NCBI GenBank assembly: GCA_029979185.1
Contig: JAPOIA010000003.1
Span: 1 to 44,146 of the forward strand
Direction of reading: 5' to 3'
DNA from: Alphaproteobacteria bacterium
GTDB lineage: Bacteria; Pseudomonadota; Alphaproteobacteria; Rhizobiales; Beijerinckiaceae
DNA length: 44,146 nucleotides
Positions within the stretch are counted from its first letter, which is position 1. Each line of letters opens with the position of its first letter. Positions 1 through 9,197 of this stretch are shown here, piece after piece. The notes beneath the pieces were generated by a model that saw nothing but the letters and a program-made list of their open reading frames with translations, had not been told where the DNA came from and searched no databases. Made by a program: the position numbers and the translations under genes.

Positions 1-717
1 CGGTTGGCCTATATCCTGACGGGCGATGCGGAAGCGGACCGCACCAGCAAGATGGGCTTGCTGCGCCTGTCGCGAGCGCTGGCCGCACGCACGGCCCTCG
101 AACCCGGCGATCCGATGGGCGTCAACCCGGCGACCGACGAACTGTCTCTATATCCGCTGCTGTACTGGCCGATCGTGCCGGGCCGTCCGCAGCCGCCGCA
201 AGCGGCGGTCACGCGTCTCAAGGCTTTCATGAAGCAGGGTGGGACGGTCATCTTCGATACGCGCGATGCACAGCGCAACCGGCCTGGCGGTTCGCCGACA
301 CCGGAGACAGCCTGGCTGCGAGTTTTGCTTGTTGGCGTCGATGTTCCGGAACTCGAGCCGTTGCCGCGCGATCACGTTCTGACCAAGACCTTCTATCTCA
401 TTGACAAGATTACCGGGCGCAATTCCATCGGTCGTACCTGGATCGAAGCGCTGCCGCCGCCGGACAAGAATGCGTCCGGACGTCCGGCACGGGCAGGGGA
501 CTCGGTTTCCCCCATCGTTATCACGTCGAACGATCTGGCCGGCGCCTGGGCCTACGACGAGCGGGGCGCGCCGATGTATCCGATGGAATCGGGCGGCGAG
601 CGGGCGCGCGAGTTCGCCCTGCGTAGCGGCGTCAATCTGGTGATGTACACGCTGACCGGTAATTACAAGGCCGATCAGGTGCATGCCCGCGATATTCTCG
701 AACGGCTGGGTCTGTAG
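1..717 (+). CDS. DUF4159-domain protein, C-terminal part (5' end lies before the window)
   Basis: Frame is open from base 1. Motifs LYPLLYWP, GGTVIFDTRD, SNDLAGAWA and GVNLVMYTLTGNYKADQVH are typical of the DUF4159 domain of rhizobial BatA/DUF4159 proteins. Confidence 0.8.
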   Translation, partial: RLAYILTGDAEADRTSKMGLLRLSRALAARTALEPGDPMGVNPATDELSLYPLLYWPIVPGRPQPPQAAVTRLKAFMKQGGTVIFDTRDAQRNRPGGSPTPETAWLRVLLVGVDVPELEPLPRDHVLTKTFYLIDKITGRNSIGRTWIEALPPPDKNASGRPARAGDSVSPIVITSNDLAGAWAYDERGAPMYPMESGGERAREFALRSGVNLVMYTLTGNYKADQVHARDILERLGL

Positions 718-778
718 GCTCGTGCGCCGCGACTTGCGGCAGAACGCCGGCTGATCCCGCCACGATAGTGAAAGACCC

Positions 779-2866
779 ATGACCCAGTTCAAACTATCCC
801 TCGCTCCCCTGCTGCCATGGCCGCTGCTTGTGGCTCTGGCATTGGGTGCTCTCGTCATAGTGGCCCTCGGTCTGTATTCGGGCCGGCGCGGCACATGGCT
901 GCGGGCGCTCGGGCTGGCGCTGATCCTGTTCGCGCTGACCGACCCGTCGCTGGTGCGTGAGGATCGCAAGCCGCTGAAGGACGTGGTGGCGGTCGTGGTC
1001 GATGAAAGCGCAAGCCAGAAGATCGGGCCGCGTGCGGCGCAAACAAGTGCCGCGCGGGCGCAGGTGAAAGCGGCGCTGGATGCGCTGGGCAGCGTGGAGG
1101 CGCGTTTCGTGACCGCGGGCGGCAGTTCCGCCAACAACGATGGCACGCGCCTGTTCAATGCCCTGTCCGGTGCGTTTGCCGATGTGCCGCCCGATCGTAT
1201 CGGCGGCGCTATCTTGATCACGGATGGTATCGTGCACGATATCCCCGGCGCGGCTGCGCAGCTGGGATTCAAGGCGCCGCTGCATGCGCTGATCACCGGT
1301 CGCGAAGGAGAACGCGACCGCCGCATCGAACTGGTCGAGGCGCCGCGCTTCGGACTTGTCGGCAAGGACCAGATGATTTCCGTACGCGTTCATGATACGG
1401 CAAATTCAAATGAGCCAATCGATCTGCTGATCCGCCGCGACGGTGAACAGGTTGGCCGATACAGGGCGCGTGCCGGACAGATCGTCAAGGTGCTGGTGCG
1501 CGTCGAGCATGGCGGGCCGAATGTCGTGGAACTCGACGTTCCCGCCACCAAGGGCGAACTCACCGAGCTCAACAACAAGGCGGTAGTGACAATTGAAGGC
1601 GTCCGCGACAAGCTGAAAGTGCTGCTGGTATCGGGCGCGCCGCATCAGGGCGAGCGCATGTGGCGCAACCTTTTGAAGTCGGACGCCAACGTCAATCTGA
1701 TTCACTTCACGATCCTGCGGCCGCCGGAAAAACGCGACGGAACGCCGATCAACGAACTGTCACTGATCGCCTTTCCGACTGCCGATCTGTTCGGGCGCAA
1801 GATCAAGGACTTCGACCTGATCATCTTCGACCGCTATTCGGACCAGAACATCCTGCCGTCGATCTACTTCGAGAATATCGTGCAATTTGTTCGCAACGGC
1901 GGCGCGCTGATGATGGCTGTCGGCCCTGACTACGCCACGCGCGAGGGCCTGTTCTATTCGCCGCTCGGCGCGATCGCACCCGCACGCCCCACCGGGCGTC
2001 TGATCGAGAGCCCGTTCCGTGCGACCATCACGGAAAATGGTGCGAAGCATCCGGTCACGCGCGGTCTGCCAGGCTCGGAAGCGAGCCCGCCGGACTGGAG
2101 CGAATGGTATCGCCTGGTTGGCGCTACGACGACGCGCGGCGTGCCGGTCATGGCCGGAGCTGCCAATTCGCCGCTGCTTGTTCTCTCCCGCGAAGGCAAG
2201 GGTCGTATCGGCTTGATGTTGAGCGACCAGATATGGCTATGGGCGCGCTCCTATCGCGAGGGTGGTCCGCACCTGGAGCTGTTGCGGCGGGTGGCGCACT
2301 GGCTGATGAAGGAACCGGAGCTCGAGGAAGAAGCCCTTCGGGCCAGCGCGCGCGGAACGGAAATCACGGTAACGCGGCAGAGTCTGAAGCCCGTCGTGCC
2401 GCCGGTGGTACTGACCTCGCCGACCGGCAAGAAGCAGACGCTCACGTTGGCGGCCGGTGATCCGGGATTGAGCCGCGCCTCGATCAAGGTGACGGAACTC
2501 GGCCTCTACAAGTTGAGCGACGGTACGTTGAATGCGCTTGTCAATGTCGGTCCGGAAAACCCGCGGGAGTATCGCGAAGTGGTTTCAACAGTCGATACGC
2601 TGACGCCACTAGCCAAGGCGACAGGTGGTTCCGTCCGTCGCATTGGCCGCTCCAGCGGCGAGGGCATAGACATGCCGAGGCTGGCTGCTCTGCGCAACAG
2701 CCCTGTCTATGGCGGTTCCGATTACATCGGCATCAAGCGCACGGGGGCCAGTGTCGTTACCGGCATTGGCGTTGCACCTTTGGCAATAGGCTTCCTTGGC
2801 CTGCTGGCGCTATTGGGATCGATCATCGGCGGCTGGCTTTGGGAAGGACGCCAGAGGCGGGCATAG
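779..2866 (+). CDS. Conserved membrane protein with vWA-like and class I glutamine-amidotransferase-like domains (usual partner of DUF4159 genes)
   Basis: Two N-terminal TM helices, VVVDESAS and LITDG vWA-like motifs, LLVSGAPH..W..LLKSD..V.LIHFTILRPP, and a C-terminal TM helix. Confidence 0.75.
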   Translation: MTQFKLSLAPLLPWPLLVALALGALVIVALGLYSGRRGTWLRALGLALILFALTDPSLVREDRKPLKDVVAVVVDESASQKIGPRAAQTSAARAQVKAALDALGSVEARFVTAGGSSANNDGTRLFNALSGAFADVPPDRIGGAILITDGIVHDIPGAAAQLGFKAPLHALITGREGERDRRIELVEAPRFGLVGKDQMISVRVHDTANSNEPIDLLIRRDGEQVGRYRARAGQIVKVLVRVEHGGPNVVELDVPATKGELTELNNKAVVTIEGVRDKLKVLLVSGAPHQGERMWRNLLKSDANVNLIHFTILRPPEKRDGTPINELSLIAFPTADLFGRKIKDFDLIIFDRYSDQNILPSIYFENIVQFVRNGGALMMAVGPDYATREGLFYSPLGAIAPARPTGRLIESPFRATITENGAKHPVTRGLPGSEASPPDWSEWYRLVGATTTRGVPVMAGAANSPLLVLSREGKGRIGLMLSDQIWLWARSYREGGPHLELLRRVAHWLMKEPELEEEALRASARGTEITVTRQSLKPVVPPVVLTSPTGKKQTLTLAAGDPGLSRASIKVTELGLYKLSDGTLNALVNVGPENPREYREVVSTVDTLTPLAKATGGSVRRIGRSSGEGIDMPRLAALRNSPVYGGSDYIGIKRTGASVVTGIGVAPLAIGFLGLLALLGSIIGGWLWEGRQRRA

Positions 2867-2931
2867 ATTGCCCGTGTTCGCTCTAACGTGCCGCTGCATT
2901 AAATTTCGGACATGATCGATATGCGCCTTTT

Positions 2932-2960
2932 TTGTGTGCAAGGCGTGTGATAAGTATAAT
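2932..2960 (+). promoter_or_regulatory. Putative sigma70 promoter
   Basis: TTGTGT (2932-2937), 17 nt spacer, perfect TATAAT (2955-2960), within an AT-rich intergenic patch. Confidence 0.55.
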
Positions 2961-3168
2961 GGAAATGGTTGCGAGACAGTTCTGCGTCGTGGACGCAGTT
3001 GATGGTGAAGCCATCCAACAATCACGGCGATCCCGTTCCGGATCAGGCCGGGCATAAAAAACTCTCCAGAGCCGGCGCATTGGCCGGTATAAGATTCCAT
3101 CAACAGTTAATGCTGCGATGCCGGGCTATGAGCGCCCGGAGGAGCTGTATGAAAGACCGAATGCTGCC

Positions 3169-3501
3169 ATGACAGGCGTGCACGAAGTTGCAAGAAGGAC
3201 CGCGGCTGCGAAGGCGCATGCGCGTTCGTTTGTGCTGGTCATTGCGGCATGCGTGTTCGTGCAACTGTTCCCGGTCAAATTCGCTCTCGACAGGAACGGG
3301 ATCGAGGATCCGCTTTACTTCAAGACGCTTCTTGTTCAGCCGGATGTGATGCGCGTGGAGAAGTTCCCCGCACCGCTGCTTGGGGCCGTTGCACCTGCAA
3401 ATGTATTTGCCGAAGAGGCCTTGGAGGCTGGGCAAAACATTCCGCGGCAAGCCTTTGCAATCGCAGCGTCCTATTTGGCAACCGGTCCACCGCTTCTTTA
3501 G
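3169..3501 (+). CDS. Small hypothetical protein with an N-terminal hydrophobic helix and C-terminal TGPP; possible leader/arrest-type peptide
   Basis: ATG at 3169 is in frame with ORF 3118..3501. Hydrophobic stretch SFVLVIAACVFVQLF; the protein ends YLATGPPLL*. Confidence 0.45.
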   Translation: MTGVHEVARRTAAAKAHARSFVLVIAACVFVQLFPVKFALDRNGIEDPLYFKTLLVQPDVMRVEKFPAPLLGAVAPANVFAEEALEAGQNIPRQAFAIAASYLATGPPLL

Positions 3502-3676
3502 CAGGCGTATTTTCCTTTCTATCCAATCAATCCGGTAGCCTGCGCAAATCCTTTGCAGCATTACGCCACTTTGCAACGTAATGCCTGCCATGTGCCGGCT
3601 TTTGCGAATGGTCGCGCACGTCCGGATGCATTCTTCAAATTCGGGACCGAGAGGTTCCCAGCGAAAGTCGATCTCT

Positions 3677-5752
3677 ATGGATCAGGTACACATGCTTTCG
3701 GCAGCAGGGCAGGCGTTTGTCGCGCTCATGGATCCCTGGCGCATGCTGCTGTTGTTTTCGGGCGTCATCATGGGTCTTGTGCTCGGCATTCTTCCGGGTA
3801 TCGGAGGTTTGGCCGGCCTCGCGTTGTTGCTGCCCTTCACTTTCAATATGGACCCCTATGCCGCAATGGCGCTGTTGCTGGGTCTGGGAGCGGCCGGTGC
3901 AACGGGCGATCCCATTCCCGCGATTCTGTTCGGCGTTCCGGGCGGCGCCGGTTCTGCGGCAACCGTTCTCGACGGTCTGCCAATGGCCAAGAAGGGGGAG
4001 GCCGCACGGGCTCTGTCGGCAGCCTATATGTCGTCAATGCTTGGTGGTGTATTTGGCGCTATCGTCATGGCGCTGTGTTTGCCCATCCTGCGACCGATGA
4101 TCCTGTATATCGGCTCGCCGGAACTGCTGGCGTTTGCCGTACTCGGTATTTCCATGGTCTCGGTGCTGGCGGGCAGCGCGCCATTGCGCGGGCTGATTGC
4201 CGCGTGTCTTGGCATCATTCTGGCCATGGTCGGTTCCGACCCGCAGACTGGTACCCTGCGCTGGACGATGGACTCGCTCTACCTGTGGGAAGGGGCGCCA
4301 CTGGTTCCCATCGTGCTAGGCATATTCGCGCTACCGGAACTTGCCGACCTTGCAATCTCGCGTACTACGATTGCACCCGGCTCGAAACAGCTTAGCACCT
4401 CGTGGTCGGGCATGATGCAGGGCGCACGGGACTGTTTCACCCACTGGTGGCTTGTGTTCCGCTGCTCCTCCATCGGTGCGCTGTTGGGTGCAGTTCCGGG
4501 CATCGGCGGATCAATTATTGACTGGGTCGCATATGGTCATGCATTGCGCTCCGAGAAAGGCGCGCAGCAGACTTTCGGGCGGGGCGACGTTCGCGGCGTT
4601 ATCGCCTCCGAAAGTTCCAACAATGCGAAGGAAGGCGGCGCGCTCATTCCGACGGTTGCCTTTGGTGTTCCCGGATCGGCAAGCATGGCGATCCTGCTTG
4701 GTGCATTCATGATCCATGGTCTCGTACCGGGGCCTGAAATGCTGACCAAGAACCTGAACATCACCTATGCGATGATATGGTCGATCGCCATCGCCAATGT
4801 CGTCGGCGCCGGCTTGTGCTATCTGTTCAGCGGCCAGTTCGCGAAGATTGCGACGTTGCGCTACACGCTGATCATGCCTTCGGTGCTTGGTATCATCTAT
4901 ATCGGCGCATTCGAAGGTTCGCGAAACTGGGGCGATCTGTGGACGCTGCTTTTCTTCGGCTTGCTGGGCTGGACGATGAAGCAGCTGAAGTGGCCGCGCC
5001 CGCCGCTGGTTCTGGGCTTTGTACTGGGCGACATCATCGAACGGTACATGTTCATTTCCATCCAGCGATATGGCTACGAGTGGCTGTTCCATCCGCTTGT
5101 GGTCATTCTCTTCGCCATGGCAGCCCTGGGATTGCTGCGGCCGATGCTGCAGGACGTTCGCATTCATGGCGGCCTGAAAAAGATGTTGACCAACTTCGGC
5201 GCGCCCCGTTTCGCCCTGCATCAGCTGTTCTATATCTTCCTGCTGGCAGTGCTCGGATACATGCTCTGGGAAGCAAGGGAATGGCCTGGAGCCGCGAAGA
5301 TCATCCCGGTGATCGTCGGTTCGCTTGCCGTTGGGCTGCTGTTGATCAGCCTGTTCAACGATGCGTGCAGAAGGCCCGAAGCGCAGGCAGATCTTGGCAT
5401 CGAGGCTGCCGCGCAGAAGGAAGTCGAAAAGAAGATACACATGGACGTGGATTCAGGCACCGATCATCTGCCACCTTCGCTGGTGTTCCGGCGGGCGGTG
5501 GGCTTCTTCGGCTGGCTGCTTGCCTTCATGTTCTCCATGTGGGCGATCGGCCTGATCCCGACTGTGCCTCTGTTCGTGATCGCATTGATGCGGCTGGAAG
5601 GGCCCGAGCCTTGGCGGCTGGTCTGGCCGCAGGCGGTCATCCTGCCTGTTTTCATCTGGGCGGTATTCGATCAGCTGCTGACGATCCCCTGGCCGCAAAC
5701 CCTGCTGGGCACGCTGTTCCCGGTTCTGAAAGGGATCATTCCGTCTGTTTGA
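3677..5752 (+). CDS. Tripartite tricarboxylate transporter permease TctA with a fused C-terminal TctB-like domain
   Basis: TctA motifs G.LPGIGG, AILFGVPG, GDVRGVIASESSNNAKEGGALIP..AFGVPGS and LVLGFVLG, followed by about 170 extra residues with 4 TM helices ending FDQLLTIPWP. Start placed at ATG 3677. Confidence 0.88.
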   Translation: MDQVHMLSAAGQAFVALMDPWRMLLLFSGVIMGLVLGILPGIGGLAGLALLLPFTFNMDPYAAMALLLGLGAAGATGDPIPAILFGVPGGAGSAATVLDGLPMAKKGEAARALSAAYMSSMLGGVFGAIVMALCLPILRPMILYIGSPELLAFAVLGISMVSVLAGSAPLRGLIAACLGIILAMVGSDPQTGTLRWTMDSLYLWEGAPLVPIVLGIFALPELADLAISRTTIAPGSKQLSTSWSGMMQGARDCFTHWWLVFRCSSIGALLGAVPGIGGSIIDWVAYGHALRSEKGAQQTFGRGDVRGVIASESSNNAKEGGALIPTVAFGVPGSASMAILLGAFMIHGLVPGPEMLTKNLNITYAMIWSIAIANVVGAGLCYLFSGQFAKIATLRYTLIMPSVLGIIYIGAFEGSRNWGDLWTLLFFGLLGWTMKQLKWPRPPLVLGFVLGDIIERYMFISIQRYGYEWLFHPLVVILFAMAALGLLRPMLQDVRIHGGLKKMLTNFGAPRFALHQLFYIFLLAVLGYMLWEAREWPGAAKIIPVIVGSLAVGLLLISLFNDACRRPEAQADLGIEAAAQKEVEKKIHMDVDSGTDHLPPSLVFRRAVGFFGWLLAFMFSMWAIGLIPTVPLFVIALMRLEGPEPWRLVWPQAVILPVFIWAVFDQLLTIPWPQTLLGTLFPVLKGIIPSV

Positions 5753-5787
5753 GGAAGTGCTTCCGGTTGTGACCGGACGCCTCCCCG

Positions 5788-5826
5788 AAAAGAAATGTCC
5801 GGGTTTGCGCCCGGACATTTTCTTTT
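5788..5826. terminator. Bidirectional rho-independent terminator
   Basis: AAATGTCCGGG-tttgcg-CCCGGACATTT, a perfect 11-bp stem flanked by A- and T-runs, between convergent genes. Confidence 0.85.
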
Positions 5827-5864
5827 GACTTCTATCCAAGGTTTGCAGCCGCTGCTCGTGGCTG

Positions 5865-6422
5865 TCACTCGTCCCTGTATTTGACCGTTTCGATCATCAT
5901 CCGGGTGAGTGCCGGGCCGCGGCCTTCGAAATTGTCGATCCAGATGTCGACAAACTGCGGCTGGCCTGTACCCTTCTTTTTCCAGTGGGCGTAGGCGGTT
6001 GCCTCCCATATGCCTTCCGAGCCGGTATAGCCGGTTTCCCGGCGGATACGGCCAATCTCGTCCAGTTCCAGTTTACCTGGAATATGCACATGGATCATGT
6101 GGCGGATCGCATCGGGATATTCGCAGGCGTTGACGATCAGCCGGTGATCCTCGTAGCGCTGCTGGAAACCGTGGCTGGTTTCGCCAGCCGCGATTTCGGC
6201 CGACTGCAAATGCTTAAAGCCAAGATCTATCGCTTCGCTTTGCAGCGCATCGGGATTTTCCGCCAGTGCCTTGGCATAGGTGATGGCGTCGCGAATATAG
6301 CTGCTGACCTCGTTGGGTTCGTAGATTCCGCGCTGCGGTGCGGCCGGTTGCGAGCCGCGTTTGCTGCCGCCAAAAAGATTGCCAAAAAGGTTGCCCAGCG
6401 GGCTGTTGTTCCTGTTCAACAT
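5865..6422 (-). CDS. Hypothetical protein
   Basis: 185-aa ORF starting 4 nt after the GNAT stop and ending just before the terminator. Protein-like composition, no motif recognised. Confidence 0.65.
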   Translation of the reverse strand: MLNRNNSPLGNLFGNLFGGSKRGSQPAAPQRGIYEPNEVSSYIRDAITYAKALAENPDALQSEAIDLGFKHLQSAEIAAGETSHGFQQRYEDHRLIVNACEYPDAIRHMIHVHIPGKLELDEIGRIRRETGYTGSEGIWEATAYAHWKKKGTGQPQFVDIWIDNFEGRGPALTRMMIETVKYRDE

Positions 6423-6426
6423 CGTG

Positions 6427-6972
6427 TCACCATGCCCTGCCGATTGTGCCGCTCACGTTGTCCAGAGCCCCTTCCACAAGTTCGCAAACCAGCAGCCTCG
6501 CCGGATCGACGGGACCCGGCATGGTCAGGAGGCCGGGTCTTACCTGCTTGAAACCCACCCTGCCGTAAAACGGCGCATCGCCTACCAGGAAAACCAAAGT
6601 GTGGCCTGCTTCGCGCGCAACCCGCAACGAGCGGCGGATCAGGGCCTCGCCAATGCCGCGTGAGCGGAACGAGGGGTCGACCGTCAGCGGGCCCAGCAAC
6701 AGCGCAGGCGCCGCGCCGGCGCGGACCGGCGTCATGATGTTGGAGCCGACCAGAAAGGTTCCGACATGGGCGACAAAAGAGAGTGAGAAATCCGGTGCGA
6801 CGTGTTCTCGCAGCCGGTAGGCGGTTCGGGCGAAACGGCCGGGGCCGAAGGCGCGCTCGTCCAGCCGCAGGATTTGCGGCAGGTCCCCTTCATGCAGAGG
6901 GCGCATTTCCAGCGCTGGCAGGACCGGCGTGGCATTGCCATCGAATGTTGCAGAGGGTGATGGATCGCTCAT
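6427..6972 (-). CDS. GNAT family N-acetyltransferase (YhbS-like)
   Basis: AFGPGRFARTAYRLRE, LLLGPLTVDPSFRSRGIG (acetyl-CoA motif A) and LVGDAPFYGRVGF. Confidence 0.9.
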   Translation of the reverse strand: MSDPSPSATFDGNATPVLPALEMRPLHEGDLPQILRLDERAFGPGRFARTAYRLREHVAPDFSLSFVAHVGTFLVGSNIMTPVRAGAAPALLLGPLTVDPSFRSRGIGEALIRRSLRVAREAGHTLVFLVGDAPFYGRVGFKQVRPGLLTMPGPVDPARLLVCELVEGALDNVSGTIGRAW

Positions 6973-7069
6973 GGACCGCTTCTTTAGAGCCTTTCGCGGC
7001 TACATGGAAGAGGTGAAACGCTTTCAAGCAGTTGTGTGGCGCTTTTCGGGCATTTTAGGGCGGTTCAGC

Positions 7070-7546
7070 TTACCATGTCGGAGGCGAGGGAAGTTCTTCG
7101 ACCACCTCCAGGATGCGATCGCGCGTGGCGCGGGCCGTATCCGGCGGCAGTGCGTCGATGGTGAAGAATTGAACGTCGCGGATTTCCCAATCGGGTTTGC
7201 GGGTTCCGGCTATGCGGAAATCCCGTGCCACGAAGACCGCGATGTGGTCACGCTTTGAATAGCGGTTGTTGAAATAGATGCCAAACAGCTGCGCGGGACC
7301 GTTCAGCTCCACGGAGGTTTCCTCGCGCAACTCGCGCGCAACGGCCTGCTGCAGGGTTTCGCCCGCATCGACACCGCCACCGGGCAGGTGCCAGCCGGGC
7401 AGGTAGGAATGGCGCACCAGCAAAACCCGGTTCTGCCTGTCGAGAACCATCGCCCGCACGCCAAGGGTCATGGGGCGTACAAAGCGCAAGACCAGATGCT
7501 GGCAAACCAGCATCATGTTGATCAGGGGCCGGGGCATTCGCGGCAT
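7070..7546 (-). CDS. NUDIX hydrolase
   Basis: Nudix box GGGVDAGETLQQAVARELREET. Confidence 0.9.
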   Translation of the reverse strand: MPRMPRPLINMMLVCQHLVLRFVRPMTLGVRAMVLDRQNRVLLVRHSYLPGWHLPGGGVDAGETLQQAVARELREETSVELNGPAQLFGIYFNNRYSKRDHIAVFVARDFRIAGTRKPDWEIRDVQFFTIDALPPDTARATRDRILEVVEELPSPPTW

Positions 7547-7666
7547 GAAACTGTATCCATTGTCTGTTCAAGCGGCTGCATTTTTGCGAAATCCGGGAAA
7601 TCTGTGGCTTTCCGCCGCGGTTCGGTATCGCATGCAATCATGTGCTGGCCAAACAGGCATCTCTTC

Positions 7667-7683
7667 TTTAGAAATATTCTAAA
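7667..7683. promoter_or_regulatory. Iron control element (ICE, Irr binding box)
   Basis: TTTAGAA-ata-TTCTAAA palindrome matching the ICE consensus TTTRGAA-N3-TTCYAAA, 37 nt upstream of mbfA, a known Irr target in rhizobia. Confidence 0.9.
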
Positions 7684-7720
7684 TGCTGGCGGCCGTCATC
7701 GGCGCATCTGGAGACAGGCT

Positions 7721-8692
7721 TTGAAGAACTTCTCGGACCTCACCGAACGGGAGATTTTGGCGGTTGCGATTGCCTCTGAAGAGGAGGACAGCCGCATTTA
7801 TCAATCGTTCGCGGACGATCTGGCTGAGCGTTACCCGGCTTCGGCGCAGGTTTTCGTCGAAATGGCCGAGGAGGAGAAACAGCACCGGCATGCCCTGCTG
7901 CAGATGTACGAGGAGCGGTTCGGGCCGAACCTGCCGCCGATCCGCCGCGAGGACGTGAAGGGCTTTCTCAAGCGCCGTCCGGTCTGGCTGTCGAAGAATC
8001 TGCCGCTGGATACCGTCCGCAAGGAAGCGGAAAACATGGAGTTTCAGGCGGCGCGCTTCTATCAGAAAGCGGCCGAGCGGACGACGGATGTTGGCATTCG
8101 CAAGTTGCTGGGCGACCTGGCGGAAATCGAGAAAGACCATCGCCATACGGCAGGCAAGCTGGAAGCGGCGCATCTGACCGAAGAGGCACTGGAGGAAGAG
8201 GACAGGACCCGTCACCGCATGTTTGTGCTGCAATATGTGCAGCCCGGACTTGCCGGCCTGATGGACGGGTCCGTTTCGACGCTGGCGCCGCTGTTTGCTG
8301 CCGCCTTCGCCACCCACAACAACTGGCAGACCTTTCTGGTCGGTATGGCCGCGTCCATTGGCGCGGGCATTTCGATGGGCTTCGCCGAGGCCCTCTCCGA
8401 CGATGGCTCGCTCACCGGGCGCGGTTCGCCATGGCTGCGGGGCATTACCAGCGGGTTGATGACCTGCTTGGGCGGTATCGGGCACACGTTGCCCTATCTG
8501 GTTCCCGATACCTGGGCCAATGCCTTCTGGATTGCCACCGGGATTGCCGCTTTCGTTGTGTTTATCGAATTGTGGATCATCGCCTGGGTGCGGGCGAAAT
8601 ATATGGATACACCCTTCCTGCAGGCGGCCTTCCAGATCGTCGTCGGCGGGGTCATCGTACTGGCGGCGGGTATCCTGATAGGCGGGGCCTGA
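7721..8692 (+). CDS. mbfA: Iron exporter MbfA (rubrerythrin-like domain plus VIT1/CCC1 domain)
   Basis: ExxH di-iron motifs (EEEKQH, EIEKDH), QPGLAGLMDGSVSTLAP and GAGISMGFAEALSDDG. TTG start at 7721 preceded by GGAGA. Confidence 0.93.
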   Translation: MKNFSDLTEREILAVAIASEEEDSRIYQSFADDLAERYPASAQVFVEMAEEEKQHRHALLQMYEERFGPNLPPIRREDVKGFLKRRPVWLSKNLPLDTVRKEAENMEFQAARFYQKAAERTTDVGIRKLLGDLAEIEKDHRHTAGKLEAAHLTEEALEEEDRTRHRMFVLQYVQPGLAGLMDGSVSTLAPLFAAAFATHNNWQTFLVGMAASIGAGISMGFAEALSDDGSLTGRGSPWLRGITSGLMTCLGGIGHTLPYLVPDTWANAFWIATGIAAFVVFIELWIIAWVRAKYMDTPFLQAAFQIVVGGVIVLAAGILIGGA

Positions 8693-8721
8693 CCGTCCCG
8701 CCGTTTCTTCCGCGATCCAGC

Positions 8722-8752
8722 AAAAGCCCTCCGGCGGGGGAAGCGGGAGGGT
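8722..8752 (-). terminator. Putative intrinsic terminator
   Basis: GCCCTCC...GGAGGGT stem followed by a T-run on the minus strand, between convergent genes. Confidence 0.5.
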
Positions 8753-8819
8753 TCTGGAAAACGCCGGATTTCTGGTCCGGCGCGGACTTTCCGTAATTGG
8801 CCCAGTGGGGCCGGATAAT

Positions 8820-9086
8820 TCAGTTGCAGACGCGGATGTAACGGTAGCCGCGGAAGTCGCCCCAGCGGTTGTAGCGCGGGCGCTTCTCGGTCCAGCAGTC
8901 GCTGTAAACCGGAGCGGCGTGCGAGCGGGCGGAATGAGCAAGAATTGCTGTGCCGACAACGGCTGCAGCCAGGCCACCGAAGAAGGCGCCGCGGCGGCCG
9001 AACTTCGCTTCAGCGGGAGCCGCCGACAGGGCGAGCGTTGCAGCGACAGACAGGGCGGCGACGGTAGCGGTAGCAAACTTTTTCAT
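8820..9086 (-). CDS. Small secreted protein (signal peptide, glycine-zipper-like segment, two Cys)
   Basis: GGAGAG ribosome binding site; MKKF...APAEA signal peptide; GGLAAAVVG; C-terminal CW...VC. Confidence 0.8.
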   Translation of the reverse strand: MKKFATATVAALSVAATLALSAAPAEAKFGRRGAFFGGLAAAVVGTAILAHSARSHAAPVYSDCWTEKRPRYNRWGDFRGYRYIRVCN

Positions 9087-9197
9087 CTTCTCTCTCCATA
9101 AGATGGGTGGCTCGGTGGCCCCCGTGTTTCGATGGTTGGAGAGTAACGCCTCTCGTACCGGGACGATGTGCGGGGGCGCACGCGCGAAGCAGATCTC

